A program made the position numbers and the translations under genes. The notes beneath the pieces are model-generated. The model saw only the letters and a program-made list of their open reading frames with translations, did no database searches and was not told where the DNA came from. Positions 12,246 to 24,496 of a stretch of DNA of 64,000 nt are shown here, in pieces. This stretch comes from Podarcis muralis (lineage: Eukaryota): assembly GCF_964188315.1 (NCBI RefSeq), contig NC_135667.1, positions 5,704,001 through 5,768,000 on the forward strand, written 5' to 3'. Positions within the stretch are counted from its first letter, which is position 1. Each line of letters begins with the position of its first letter.

Positions 12246-13968
12246 CTCCTCTGAGAAGGTAATTTACTAAACCCAGTTCCCAAACCCTGTAGAAGGTAAA
12301 TTAGGAAGATCAAATAAATCAACAACGTACGCAGGCAAAACTCTGTGGATTATAATGGGCATTCTTCTTATACTGCCCATTAAATAAGAGATTTATTTAT
12401 GATAGTACTACTTAGAAATCTCTCTGGAATAACAGATCCTGTCAGGATTATTGATTTGCTAGCAGATACTGATAAAACACATGATCTGTAAAACAGCTTT
12501 CTTTGCTGGGGAAAAAGAGAGCAAGCTATCTTGCCAAGTCCATCACTCTGAATAGACTCTAGAGGCATTGTGTTAAGATCTTTTAAAAACAAGAAAACCC
12601 CAAAACTCATTTGTACGTATTATGAATCTCGGATTTGTTTGTGAAATCCTAACTGGGTGTCCCCCCCTTTTTTGCTATGATCTTTGTTTTTGTGGTGTGT
12701 TTTTTAAGCAAACAAAACTGACTGAGAAGGAAATCTTACACAGATTTACTTGGGAGTAAGTCCCAATTCTGACTGAGTAGGATTCACTACTGAGTATAGT
12801 TTACATGTATGAGTGGTGGCTTTTCCACACACGCCAGATAGGCAACATAGGGATTTATGTGTGTGTGCTTCCTGTGACAACAAACACAAATGCATCCATT
12901 CCTGTGGCACCTTCAACAACTGATAGATTCATCGTGGCACCTGCCGCAGAGTCTTCTTTATCGGTTGCGTGAAGCTAATCTGTTCTTTCAGTTACTTGGT
13001 AAGTTACTGCAGTCCTGGGCTGCCGCAGCTGCTCTGAACTTGCACACTTCTGAACTTGGCACAGAAGTATCACACACAGGCACTACTTGCACTGCATGGC
13101 CCGATTACAATATTTGCGTGAACAGATCTGCTAAGAATTAAGTCGCAGCACAAATCGGTTAAGTTTTCAAGTTGCTAGAAGACTCTGCTTTGTATAGCCA
13201 ATAGAGAGTTGCATTACCGGTAAACACACAAGCAGAGCTTAACTACAACCAACTCCCAATGGATTGCATTTAGGGTACTCTACCCCTCGCCTATTCCCCA
13301 AAAGAGACCCCCGTGTTGAACTTTCGGCGACATCTAGATTTATTTGCTGAAATTAATTTGAAGACAGAAATGATAAGCTCCATAGGCTGACATCTCCCGA
13401 TCTCTTTGCCTAGGAGAGTCAAATGCGGATGACTTTCAGAAAGGTGTTGAATAAAGCCCCATTTTTTAAAAACCCAAGTGCAATTTTTTTTTTACTCATC
13501 CGTCCAAACCGACCCTCTTCGAATAATCCCAATCCCTTCCCATCACTCTGTCGCTCATTTTCTGGGGCCGGCGTTGCAATCATGCCTTATAGCAATTTAA
13601 CCCGAAGCTCGTTGTCAGATGTGTTACTTGACTCGATGAAAGAAGCGGCTGCCGCGAAGTTCCCGGCCGAAAAGCCTTCCTTTCTTCACCGCCCGGGTGC
13701 AGACCCCCCAGGCTATCTTATGCCGGACCTCCCGCGCCCGCTTCTTAAAAGCAGCATTTGCTATTTTCGTCGAAAAGCAAAAGTTTGCAAATTTTCAGGC
13801 CGGGAGAGCGAGCCGAGGCTGAGTTCCCCGCTCTTTTCCGGAGGAACCCTGCCACCCCGGAGCGTGAAAACCAGGTCCACGAAAGCCCGCATCCTCCCCT
13901 TCGATCCAGCCTGGAACGGGAGGGATCCGCGGACGGGACTCGGAGTAATCGACTCTTTTGTGCGGGTT

Positions 13969-14068
13969 AAGAAACACAAAAGTTGCCCGGACCAGGAGCC
14001 CAGGTCTGGCTGTCAAAGCGCCGTGCTCGGAACGCACCAATCAGCGCGCAGCTCCTCCCCTATAAATA
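13969..14068 (+). promoter_or_regulatory. Histone H1 promoter (H1/AC box, CCAAT, TATA)
   Basis: AAGAAACACA at 13969-13978, GCACCAATCAGCGCG near 14034-14048 and TATAAATA at 14061-14068, in the canonical H1 order. Confidence 0.85.
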
Positions 14069-14154
14069 CGAGGCAGCGCCGCCGCCGCGTCCATTCAGCT
14101 TCTGCTTTGGTGACTCGACGGTGTGCTCAGGGGGCGGTATAGTTTCGGATCAGG

Positions 14155-14820
14155 ATGACTGAAGAGGTTCCCGCCGCGCCCGTCGCCGCGCTGCCGGCTG
14201 TCAAGGCTCCGGCCAAGAAGGCCAAGAAGGCGGCGGCCGCCGCCCCGAAGTCCCGCAAGGCTTCGGGCCCCAGCGTGACGGAGCTGCTGACCCAGGCGGT
14301 GACCGCGTCCAAGGAGCGCGGCGGCATCTCCCTGGCCGCGCTGAAGAAGTCGCTGGCGGCCGCCGGCTACGACGTGGAGCGGAACAACAGCCGTATCAAG
14401 CTGGGCCTGAAGAGCCTGGTGACCCGGGGGATCCTGCTGCAGACCAAGGGCACGGGCGCCTCGGGGTCCTTCAAGCTCAATAAGAAGCAGGCGGACAACA
14501 AGGACAAGGCGCCCAAGAAGAAGCCGGCGGCGGCGGCCGCGAAAAGCAAAAAGCCCGCGGCCAAGAAGCCCGCCAGCGCCGCCAAGAAGGTGAAGAAGGC
14601 AGCCGCCACCAAGAAGGGCGTCAAGAAGCCGGCCAAGAAGCCCGCGGCAGGCGCCAGGAAGGCCGCCAAGAGCCCCAAGAAGCCCAAGGCGGCGGCGGCC
14701 AAAAGCAAGAAGGCCGCCAAGAGCCCCGCCAAGGCGAAGGCAGCCAAGCCCAAAGCGAAGCCCAAGACCCCCAAGGCGAAAGTCGCCAAGCCCAAGAAGG
14801 CGGCGCCGAAAAAGAAGTAG
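14155..14820 (+). CDS. Replication-dependent linker histone H1 (221 aa)
   Basis: Globular domain GPSVTELL...[13 protein letters not shown]...[13 protein letters not shown]...[13 protein letters not shown] and a Lys/Ala/Pro tail. Intronless, with H1 promoter and 3' stem-loop. Confidence 0.97.
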   Translation: MTEEVPAAPVAALPAVKAPAKKAKKAAAAAPKSRKASGPSVTELLTQAVTASKERGGISLAALKKSLAAAGYDVERNNSRIKLGLKSLVTRGILLQTKGTGASGSFKLNKKQADNKDKAPKKKPAAAAAKSKKPAAKKPASAAKKVKKAAATKKGVKKPAKKPAAGARKAAKSPKKPKAAAAKSKKAAKSPAKAKAAKPKAKPKTPKAKVAKPKKAAPKKK

Positions 14821-14874
14821 GAAGGACCCGCTCGGCTTCCGCGAGAGGCAGCAGCGCTCCTCGTTAACCCCAAA

Positions 14875-14890
14875 GGCTCTTTTAAGAGCC
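14875..14890 (+). terminator. Histone 3' stem-loop (H1)
   Basis: GGCTCTTTTAAGAGCC followed by ACCCA and a purine-rich downstream element (AAAGAAAG). Confidence 0.95.
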
Positions 14891-15505
14891 ACCCACAAAT
14901 TCAAAGAAAGTGCTGAATTTCCTTTGCCATGTGAGGTGTTTCGGTCATGTGATGCGAGTGCCGCAGTTGTAGAATCTTAGTTGGTCCTATCCCTTGCACA
15001 GCCCCCCCTCCAATTCGAAACCACACCGCACCCGGCTGAGCAAATGTGTGGTAGTAGTAACGTTATTGCTGCATTTCTAGGCTTTCCTTTTCGGGTATCC
15101 CGTTGCTCATTTCCCCCCGCCGGCTTTTTTATCCGTGCTAAGTCACTTGACATTAATGTTTCTGCAACTTTGTTTTACGGGGGGGAGGGGAAGACACGTG
15201 GCAATGTGGGTGGGGAGAAAGCAAGTGGTTGCTGCCATGATGCTTTTAGGCGGAAGGGGGAGGGTAAAAATGGATTTGCTTTCCCTTAGAATGCGACCCC
15301 AGGGCCTCCTAAAAAGGGGGCAAAGTCGCTGAAGGAGGGTACAAGTCGAAGGGGCAAGATGCATGTGAGACGCCTGTAAATTGCACAGAAGTACCACGCC
15401 GCCGTGTCCTTTAACATTCCCAGCAACTGGTGCTTAATGCACAATACCGAACTAGCAATTGAACATAAGATTGCAGTAATTAACAGCTTTTTAAGGTTAT
15501 GTGGT

Positions 15506-15521
15506 GGCTCTTAAAAGAGCC
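15506..15521 (-). terminator. Histone 3' stem-loop (H3)
   Basis: Reverse complement reads GGCTCTTTTAAGAGCC followed by ACCAC. Confidence 0.95.
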
Positions 15522-15567
15522 TTTGGGTTTTTGAACGTAGGAGGCCCCTACTTTGACAACGAGTATC

Positions 15568-16002
<435 letters not shown>

Positions 16003-16244
16003 TCAGCAAATGAGACAAAGAGCCCGGTTGCTGGTTATTTATAGACCGCTCTCGCAGTCTTGATTGGCTGAAGACTGAGCATTGTCAGTTGGAAAGTTTG
16101 AATTTCCTGGGCTGAACAGCAATTGGCTAGACAAGATCACGCAAGAGGGCTAAGTGGGGCGGGGCCACAGCCTGGGTTTTTCCCCCCCGCCAGGAATCTC
16201 ATTGAGCAGCTGCAAAAGAAGTGCATTTGATTGGACGAAATTGA

Positions 16245-16691
<447 letters not shown>

Positions 16692-16724
16692 TTCTAAATA
16701 TCAAGGCTACATCTTCAAGCCAAA

Positions 16725-16740
16725 GGCCCTTTTAAGGGCC
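16725..16740 (+). terminator. Histone 3' stem-loop (H4 copy 1)
   Basis: GGCCCTTTTAAGGGCC followed by GCCCA, then GAAAAGAG. Confidence 0.95.
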
Positions 16741-17292
16741 GCCCACCTTTTCATGAAAAGAGATTACTTTCGCTTTTTTTTAATGGGTATACTTAATTCA
16801 AAACTTTGTAGACAGTGGTTTTTGTTACCAGTAATCTGGGCCGCACTTGCAGAATATTTACTATTTGTATAACAATAAATATTTTGGTAGGAAGTCTATA
16901 TACTCCGTGGTGTACTATACTACGCTGAAATGTTTAAAGGTTCGTTTCTCCGATCTTCCCGCTACATTCCCATTTTCTAGCCATACTACTAACACCTTTT
17001 GAGAACCACTGCCTTACAATAGCGCCTGTATTTAAACATAGGCACGTACATGTGTTATTTGGGCGAGGGGTGGAGACGCCAACCTTGAGATCCTTAGTAG
17101 AATGAATTATGGGAACAGGAAGAAAGGCATACAGAGCGCATGGGCTTAGCCAGAATTTTGTTTGGGGGACGTGCAGGCTTTAAAGATGGCAGCAGCGAGT
17201 GCAGTGCTCATAAATTCACAATATAGCGTTCTCAGAAATCCAGTTTGAAACTTTCCGCAATATAAACTCAGCTCTCTTATGACAGGGTGGAC

Positions 17293-17308
17293 GGCTCTGA
17301 AAAGAGCC
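17293..17308 (-). terminator. Histone 3' stem-loop (H2A variant)
   Basis: Reverse complement reads GGCTCTTTTCAGAGCC, with downstream AAGAGAG. Confidence 0.93.
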
Positions 17309-17350
17309 TTTGTGAAGTCCAGACGCCTCGGTCTGATTTTTACTGGGCCT

Positions 17351-17695
17351 TCACTTCGTGATCTTGGGCAGGACGCCGCCCTGGGGGACGGTGCCTTTGG
17401 CCAGCAGCTTGCTCAGCTCCTGGTCGTTGCGGATGGCCAGCTGCAGGTGCCGAGGGATGATGCGCGCCTTCATGTTGTCCCGCGCCGCGTTGCCGGCCAG
17501 CTCCAGGATCTCGGCGGTCAGGTACTCCAGCACCGCCGCCGTGTAGACAGGGGCTCCGGCTCCCACGCGCTTCGCGTAGTGCCCTTTGCGAAGCAGGCGG
17601 TGCACTCGACCCACAGGGAACTGCAAGCCCGCCCTGGACGAGCGAGACTTCGCCTTGCCCTTGGCTTTGCCGCCCTGCTTTCCACGGTCAGACAT
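17351..17695 (-). CDS. Divergent short histone H2A (114 aa, no C-terminal tail)
   Basis: The ATG at 17695 gives MSDRGKQGG...[12 protein letters not shown]...GGVLPKITK*. It has an H2A core with 17 substitutions and ends at residue 113. Promoter and stem-loop are retained. Confidence 0.85.
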   Translation of the reverse strand: MSDRGKQGGKAKGKAKSRSSRAGLQFPVGRVHRLLRKGHYAKRVGAGAPVYTAAVLEYLTAEILELAGNAARDNMKARIIPRHLQLAIRNDQELSKLLAKGTVPQGGVLPKITK

Positions 17696-17765
17696 CGTAC
17701 AGCTAAATCCACCAGGAACTACAACAACGAAGAGCAGAATGAGAAACACAATTTTGCAAGCCGCC

Positions 17766-17964
17766 TATTTATTTACTCCTGATGGATTCTTTCTGTCAAA
17801 TCTGATTGGGTGAAAGAGAGATAGGACGTGCTTAGCACCCAATGAGAATGTGTCTTCTTGCAACCAACCAGAAAGTTACATTTAAATTACGTATATGCTT
17901 GCGCGAGCCAATAGAAATGTCACATGGGGCGAGTTTATATTTGCATGTTCTGCTTTAAAAAAAA
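17766..17964. promoter_or_regulatory. H2A/H2B-type bidirectional promoter (TATA, CCAAT boxes, octamer ATTTGCAT at 17939-17946)
   Basis: Minus-strand TATA-like element at 17766-17775, ATTGG at 17805, CCAAT at 17839 and 17908, the octamer, then a degenerate TATA (CTTTAAAA). Confidence 0.7.
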
Positions 17965-18019
17965 GGGGGTGTTACGTCATTGCTCTTTCGTCTGAGAAAT
18001 AAACGATGGTGACCATATT

Positions 18020-18039
18020 GTTGTTGTTGTTTAGTCGTT
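18020..18039 (-). mobile_element. 20-nt extreme 3' end of a Bov-B/RTE LINE with 8-bp target-site duplication
   Basis: Reverse complement AACGACTAAACAACAACAAC equals the tail of the Bov-B copies at 21646-21665 and near 57000. Flanked by ACCATATT at 18012-18019 and 18040-18047. Confidence 0.75.
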
Positions 18040-18873
18040 ACCATATTAGATCGTGTTAAAAAACGAAAAGGAATACCTTTGATTGGTGTTTTTTCTTAAC
18101 GTGACAAACTATGACCAGTACTTACATTCAGAGCACAATATAAAATTAAAGTCAAACAAGCAAACTACATTCTCTTTTGTCTCTGCACGCGTGTAAATAA
18201 GGTATTGCGAAAGGCATGTGTTCCTGTACTTCTGCCACGGAAGCGAAAGCTGGTAGCGTAAAAGGAGACCAGAACGTCCTTCATCGAGGCAGCACCAAAT
18301 GCCATATTGTTATTTTTTTTTTAATGTATAGATTCAGGCTGATCGTTATCCTCATTTAATTGCAATGAAAGACGCCAGATGGATCAGATAACTATTGGGA
18401 TCCCTTACAACTCTACAATTTTATAATTCTAATGCGACATAAACCTCTGAATTTTACAGTATGCTTTTCTAATTCCTGCTCTTCACAAATTTGCAAATGT
18501 TACGATAAGAGTTTTCAGGTTCTGTTTTACTCTTTTCCCCGCCTGTACGCTACTATTTTGTTTTTCCATTCTGTTCTGCACCATTTCCAGATTACAGTAC
18601 TGTACAGTACTTAGTATCACCGGACAGAATCATAATTTTGTAAATTATGAAACGTGTCTATAACTCTCCCGGCTGCACTATCCTCCCCAAATCAAAGGCA
18701 CATATCCGTTTGAGGAGAAAGATCTGTTTTGATTGGAGAGTTTAAAATGCCCAGAAGCTGATTGGTGGAAAGTATAGCCTATAGCGTTATGGAGTTTGGA
18801 AAGAGGGCGTGGCTCAGTCAAAGGCTAGCATTTGCCCTTTCAGTCTTCCCTCTGGTCGGACTTTGCTTTATAA

Positions 18874-19251
<378 letters not shown>

Positions 19252-19287
19252 TCAGAATATCAAGATTATATTACAAACGAGCTCAAA

Positions 19288-19303
19288 GGCCCTTTTAAGG
19301 GCC
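19288..19303 (+). terminator. Histone 3' stem-loop (H4 copy 2)
   Basis: GGCCCTTTTAAGGGCC followed by GCCCA, then GAAAAGAG. Confidence 0.95.
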
Positions 19304-19818
19304 GCCCACCTTTTCATGAAAAGAGCTGACGCAGTTTGGGTTGCTAAAAGGTTTTTTTTGCTTAGGTAACCTTGGTTATCTGAAATATATGAGCCACTTT
19401 GGAAAGCGCAATATCGCATCTAAACGGGTGGGATTGTACCAGACGTGCTCAGTAATGAAGTGAGGCGATTTAAATAAATGCTGGGAAGTCGTGTAAAAAG
19501 CACATTTTGGTATACGCAGTGGAAGCAACGAAGGATAATTGATTAATAGCAGCAGCAATACTGATAGGTACACTGGAAATGTAGAAAAATGGTGTTCTGG
19601 GAGAGAGCACTAACCTAAAAACGGGCTAGGAGGGCAGCAAAAATACCGAGACTACAAGACTGACTGCGTTGCCTTCATATTGATATTAACTTTGAGTCTC
19701 TTTCCCCAAACTTTAGAAGCCAATATGCGTGTCTAAAAGATACACAGTGTTGCTAGGGATGAAGGATGGGGAAACAGGTGACTTCTACACTTTCCGACCT
19801 ACGTAGCTGCTGGCTCCA

Positions 19819-20079
19819 CTATTCCGGGATCAGCTTTTTGGGGTGAGCAATCTCCATGCAATTTATTGCCCGGGGTTTAGCTTCCTCCGCTATTAACATC
19901 CCACCCCGCTCCAAAGCTGCATTGCGGCAGGCAGCTCCTGTTTCCAGAGCTTTACTTCGCAACGTTGCTGGTGAAAAGAAACCCCTTGCTTTTACTACAC
20001 GTGTCGGGTGCAAGAACGTGCATTTCTTAAGGGCAGCCTTGGAAGCGCAGCAAACTCCTTCGGGAAATTGGTGATTCAT
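19819..20079 (-). pseudogene. Possible highly degenerate H2A-like ORF (86 aa)
   Basis: Lies directly downstream of the orphan promoter. Weak resemblances only: QFPEG vs QFPVG, LKK vs LRK, SKALE...NAA vs AEILE...NAA. No stem-loop seen. Confidence 0.2.
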
Positions 20080-20164
20080 AGAAGAGCCTGCGGAGGGGCA
20101 GGGGGGTTTCGCTGCTCAAAGGAAAAAGGAAAAACGTGAGATGATTGCAGCCAAATCTTGCTTT

Positions 20165-20293
20165 CTATATACTGTACTCACCTTTAGCTTCCGAGAGCCG
20201 GCGCTGATTGGATGAGAATGGAACTCGCTCACCAATGAAGACGTGGCTTTATCGCCCTAGCCAATCAGAATGCTGATTCCGGAAATAACCAAT
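20165..20293 (-). promoter_or_regulatory. Orphan histone-type (H2A-like) promoter
   Basis: TATA-like element at 20165-20172, ATTGG at 20207, and CCAAT at 20232, 20261 and 20289. The layout resembles 17766-17912. Confidence 0.45.
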
Positions 20294-20585
20294 AAGGTCC
20301 CCCCTAAAAAAACCTCTATGGAGGTTTTTAAGCAGAGGTTGAATGACCATATGTCATGAATGATCTAGCTGAGATTCCAGCATTGCAGGGGGTCAGACTA
20401 GATGACTCTCGGGGGTTCCAGATGTCAAAGAGAAAAAGAACTACCAGACTGTTAGAAGACATCTGAAGGCAGCCCTGTTTAGGGAAGTTTTAATGTTTAA
20501 TAGATTATTGAATTTTAATATTCTGTTGGAAGCTGCCCAGAGCAGCCGGGGAAACCCAGCCAGATTGGCGGGGTATAAATAATAA

Positions 20586-20625
<40 letters not shown>

Positions 20626-20783
20626 CTTCCAAATCTACAATTCTGTGATTCTGTGAAATGGCTAGCTTAGCTCCTGGAAACGGAATAATGAAGGCTGCCA
20701 TTCCAGCACTGGGGAAATGGAGGAGCAGAGCTCACTTGAATGGCTCTGCTGCATCAGGCCTCCTCTCCCTCAAATGTCATTAA

Positions 20784-21121
20784 GGGTTAAACCACAGAGC
20801 CTAGGACTTGCCGATCAGAAGGTCGGCGGTTCGAATCCCCGTGACGGGGTGAGCTCCCATTGCTTGGTCCCTGCTCCTGCCCACCTAGCAGTTCGAAAGC
20901 ACGTCAAAGTACAAGTAGATAAATAGGTACCGCTCCGGCGGGAAGGTAAACAGCGTTTCCATGTGCTGTTCTGGTTCGCCAGAAGCGGCTTATTCATGCT
21001 GGCCACATGACCCGGAAACTGTACGCTGGCTCCCTCGGCAAATAAAGCGAGATGAGCGCCGCACCCCAGAGTCGGCCACGACTGGACCTAATGGTCAGGG
21101 GTCCCCTTTACCCCCTTTACC
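20784..21121 (+). mobile_element. Sauria SINE
   Basis: B-box GGTTCGAATCC, family body and tail. Confidence 0.85.
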
Positions 21122-21308
21122 TCAGTGGCAGAGATAGGAAGCAGAGATCATTACATCCACTTAGCCTAAGGCCCCAGCTACTGCCTCTGAACTATGCCTG
21201 CTGGTCAGGAGGAGTCTCAAATATATGGTCTCCCAAGCCCACAATCCCAGCATGTTCGCACTCCTGTCTCAGCGACTTTTATTTATTTTATTATCAGTTT
21301 AATGTCTG

Positions 21309-21665
21309 TTGCTGGAGGAGACTCTTGAGAGTCCCATGGACTGCAAGAAGATCACACCTCTCCATTCTGAAGGAAATCAGCCCTGAGTGCTCACTGGAAG
21401 GACAGATCCTGAAGCTGAGGCTCCAAGACTTTGGCCACCGCATGAGAAGAGAAGACTCCCTGGAAAAGACCCTGATGTTGGGAAAGATGGAGGGCACAAG
21501 GAGAAGGGGACGACAGAGGACGAGATGGTGGGACAGTGTACTCGAAGCTACCAGCATGAGTTTGACCAAACTGCGGGAGGCAGTGGAAGACAGGAGTGCC
21601 TGGCGTGCGCTGGTCCAGGGGGTCACGAAGAGTCAGACACGACTAAACGACTAAACAACAACAAC
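21309..21665 (+). mobile_element. Bov-B/RTE LINE 3' fragment
   Basis: CWRRLLRVPWTARRS...LEKTLMLGKMEGTRRRGR; (CAA)n tail. Confidence 0.88.
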
Positions 21666-22708
21666 GTCTCAGTGACTTCTATGCTGGCTTGGTGGTGTCC
21701 ACAGAACTGAAGAGGGCAGGATCCTCAAGAATGTGCTCTGTGGGGAGCTGGCTTCAGGCACCAAGTCCATTGGCAGACCAACTCTGCATTACAAAGATGT
21801 CTGCAAGGTTGACATGAAGTTTGGCGATATCAACCCCACCGTGTGGGAATCCGTTGCAGACAACCACTGGGTCTGGAGATAGTCTTGTTGTGCATCCATA
21901 GCAGTGACCACAGAAGGAATGTTTAGGGAAGCCTTTAATGTTTAATAGGTTATTGTATTTTAGTGTTTTGTTGGAAGCCGCCCAGAGTGGCAGAAGAAAC
22001 CCAGCCAGATGGGCGGGGTATAAATAATAAATTATTTATTATTATTATTAGGAATGACTGCAGTGAGACGAAACGCCATTGCACATCAGCAGCAGCAAAA
22101 CTGGATGCCTTCATCTGCCCCAGCAGCAACCTTCAAACAGTTCGATTTCATCAGCAACAGTGCTCTCCTCCATCGTCTCCCAAGACAGACAGATGCCAGC
22201 AACAGGCCAATATGGGAACAACTATCTAGAAATTGGTGCCTGAGTTTATTCTCCTCTTCCCTCCTTGTTCCTTTTTCCTTGTGTGTTGTGTGATTTTTTT
22301 AAAAAAATGGGTCTGTTTGCTTATTTATTAGAATGTAAGCATGCAGGTAGCAAATGTCTTGTTTTGATTCATATAAGCCAGTCTGGGAGCCTTTTTTGGC
22401 TGAAGAGCAGGGGACAAATGCTCTAAATAAGTAAACAAATAGAGATGACCCATTTCAAATCCTTGCGTTTATTTTTAATTCCATCTTTGCCAACCCCTCC
22501 ACCCCCAAGCTACCCCCGCCCCAGGGTCGTACGCAACAGCTGCCCATAGCCTACAGGGGATGGTGTTGAAACCTGTATTTTTTAAATAGTTTTATTTATT
22601 TATTAACGTTCTTATGTTACATTGGTAAACATTGTCATATTACATCACAAGGCTTATTATAATATAATTTTCAGCATGTATACAAAGTTTATATACAAAG
22701 TTTATATA

Positions 22709-22980
22709 CCCGTTGTTTGGTCCCAGCTCCTGCCAACCTAGCAGTTCGAAAGCACCGCAAAGTGCAAGTAGATAAATAGGGACCGCTCCCCGGCGGGAAG
22801 GTAAACGGCGTTTCCGTGCGCTGCTCTGGTTCGCCAGAAGCGGCTTAGTCCTGCTGGCCACATGACCCGGAAGCTGTCTGCGGACAAGCGCCGGTTCCCG
22901 GCCTATAAAGCGAGATGAGCGCGCAACCCCAGAGTCGGTCACGACTGGACCTGATGGTCAGGGGTACCTTTACCTTTACC
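22709..22980 (+). mobile_element. Sauria SINE, 5'-truncated
   Basis: Family body and ACCTTT tail; TTTATATACC on both flanks. Confidence 0.85.
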
Positions 22981-22995
22981 TTTATATACCTAAAG

Positions 22996-23691
22996 AAAAG
23001 AAACAAGGACAAAAATCAAAGGAGCTTGTGGTGGACTTCAGGAGACAGAAGAGCAATGTCCAGCCACTTTTGACTGATGGGGTCTGTGTGGAGAGGGTAA
23101 CAACGTTCAGATTTTTGGGCATTGAATTACAAGAGGATCTGTCCTGGAGTGTCAACACAAGGGGGCTTGTGAAGAAGGCGCAGCAGAGACTGTACTTTTT
23201 GAGAATTCTAAGGAAAAACCATCTTCCGCAGAAACTGCTGCTTGCCTTCTATCACTGTGCCATTGAGAGCGTGCTCACCTATGGCTTATGTGTGTGGCAC
23301 GGAAGCTGTACTACCCAGGACAGGATGGGGTTGTGCAGAGTTGTTAAGGCAGCAGAGAGCATTGTTGGCTGCCCATTCTCCACCTTAGAGCAGATTTATG
23401 CCACAAGGTGCCATAGGAAGGCACTGGACATAGTAAAAGATCCATCGCATCCTGGTCACTGTCTCTTCGAGCTCCTGCCGTCGGGACGGAGATACAGGAC
23501 GATGAAGACAAGAATGAGCCGTCTTAAGAACAGCTTCATCTCCAGAGCGATCTTGGCCCTGAATGGGAAGCCTGGACTTTGAAAGTCATCTAATCTTTTT
23601 TGCTGTACTATATTGTATTGTTTTAATTAGTGTTTTTATGGAGCAATCAAGTAATTTCGTTGTCCCCGAGAGGGGGTAATGACAATAAAGA

Positions 23692-23725
<34 letters not shown>
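22996..23725 (+). mobile_element. Rex1/Babar-type LINE 3' fragment
   Basis: KELVVDFRR...FRFLGI...KKAQQRLYFLR...DPSHPGHCLFELLPSGRRYR; (ATT)n tail. Confidence 0.82.
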
Positions 23726-23738
23726 TCAAAATCATATA

Positions 23739-23964
23739 CAGTGGTACCTCAGGTTAAGTACTTAATTCGTTCCGGAGGTCCGTACTTAACCTGAAACTGT
23801 TCTTAACCAGAAGCACCACTTTAGCTAATGGGGCCTCCTGCTGCCGCTGCGTCACCGGGGCACGATTTCTGTTCTCATCCTGAAGCAAAGTTCTTAACCT
23901 GAAGCACTATTTCTGGGTTAGTGGAGTCTGTAACCTGAAGCGTATGTAACCCGAGGTACCACTG
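23739..23964. mobile_element. Tc1/mariner (Tigger-like) MITE
   Basis: TA-CAGTGGTACCTC...GAGGTACCACTG-TA. Same family at 49480-49721, 52197-52438 and 63511-63736; a relative at 61379-61643. Confidence 0.85.
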
Positions 23965-23999
23965 TATGTACCAACACTTTGGACTTCCTGTCTATCCTA

Positions 24000-24420
24000 T
24001 TGTATATTCCTTTTTTAACAAATGAATGTACTCTTATTATTGTATATTTCTTTCCATTTTATCCAATACATTCCTATACCAATATGTACTCTTGGTCTTA
24101 TTTCTCAATTCAGTCTCTCTCCAATGTCAATCGAATGCTAGCATAGATAGCGAACCTTTACTGTATTTTTGAACATATCTCTTATATCTATCCCACTTTT
24201 CCATAATTTTTTGTTTTGAATTGCTTCTCAGGCTATTTGTCAACTGCGCCATTTCAGCAAATTCTTGTAGCTTGTTATGCCAATCTGTTATTGTTGGGAC
24301 TTCTTCTTCCTTCCACCCCTGTCTGAGCTGCAGGCGTTGCATGAATCCTGTATTTGAATTAGGTGTAATTCGAAGGAAGTCTGTCCCTTGTTCAGAAAAA
24401 GTAGCAGCCGTTGTAGACTC
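24000..24420 (-). mobile_element. L1-like LINE 3' fragment (approximate bounds)
   Basis: EEVPTITDWHNKLQEFAEMAQLT resembles an L1 ORF2 C-terminus. Confidence 0.5.
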
Positions 24421-24496
24421 CCTGTGTTTTAGCCACAACACCTCCACTCCCACCGCAAAATATTGTGGAAGGTTTGGCTGAAACAGAAGCGACTGC

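Noticed and set aside
13423-14142. 239-aa ORF upstream of H1
   Set aside because: Spans the CpG-rich H1 promoter; no recognisable domain.
14095-14904. Long antisense ORFs over H1 (269 aa, 168 aa), H3, H4, PER1 exons and the RT ORF
   Set aside because: Shadow frames of GC-rich coding sequence with biased codon use; no independent motifs.
21291-21308. U2 snRNA-like TTATCAGTTTAATGTCTG (of interest because Utopia targets U2)
   Set aside because: Only 18 nt with one mismatch, in AT-rich sequence at a Bov-B junction 15 kb from the RT ORF; no other U2 sequence nearby.
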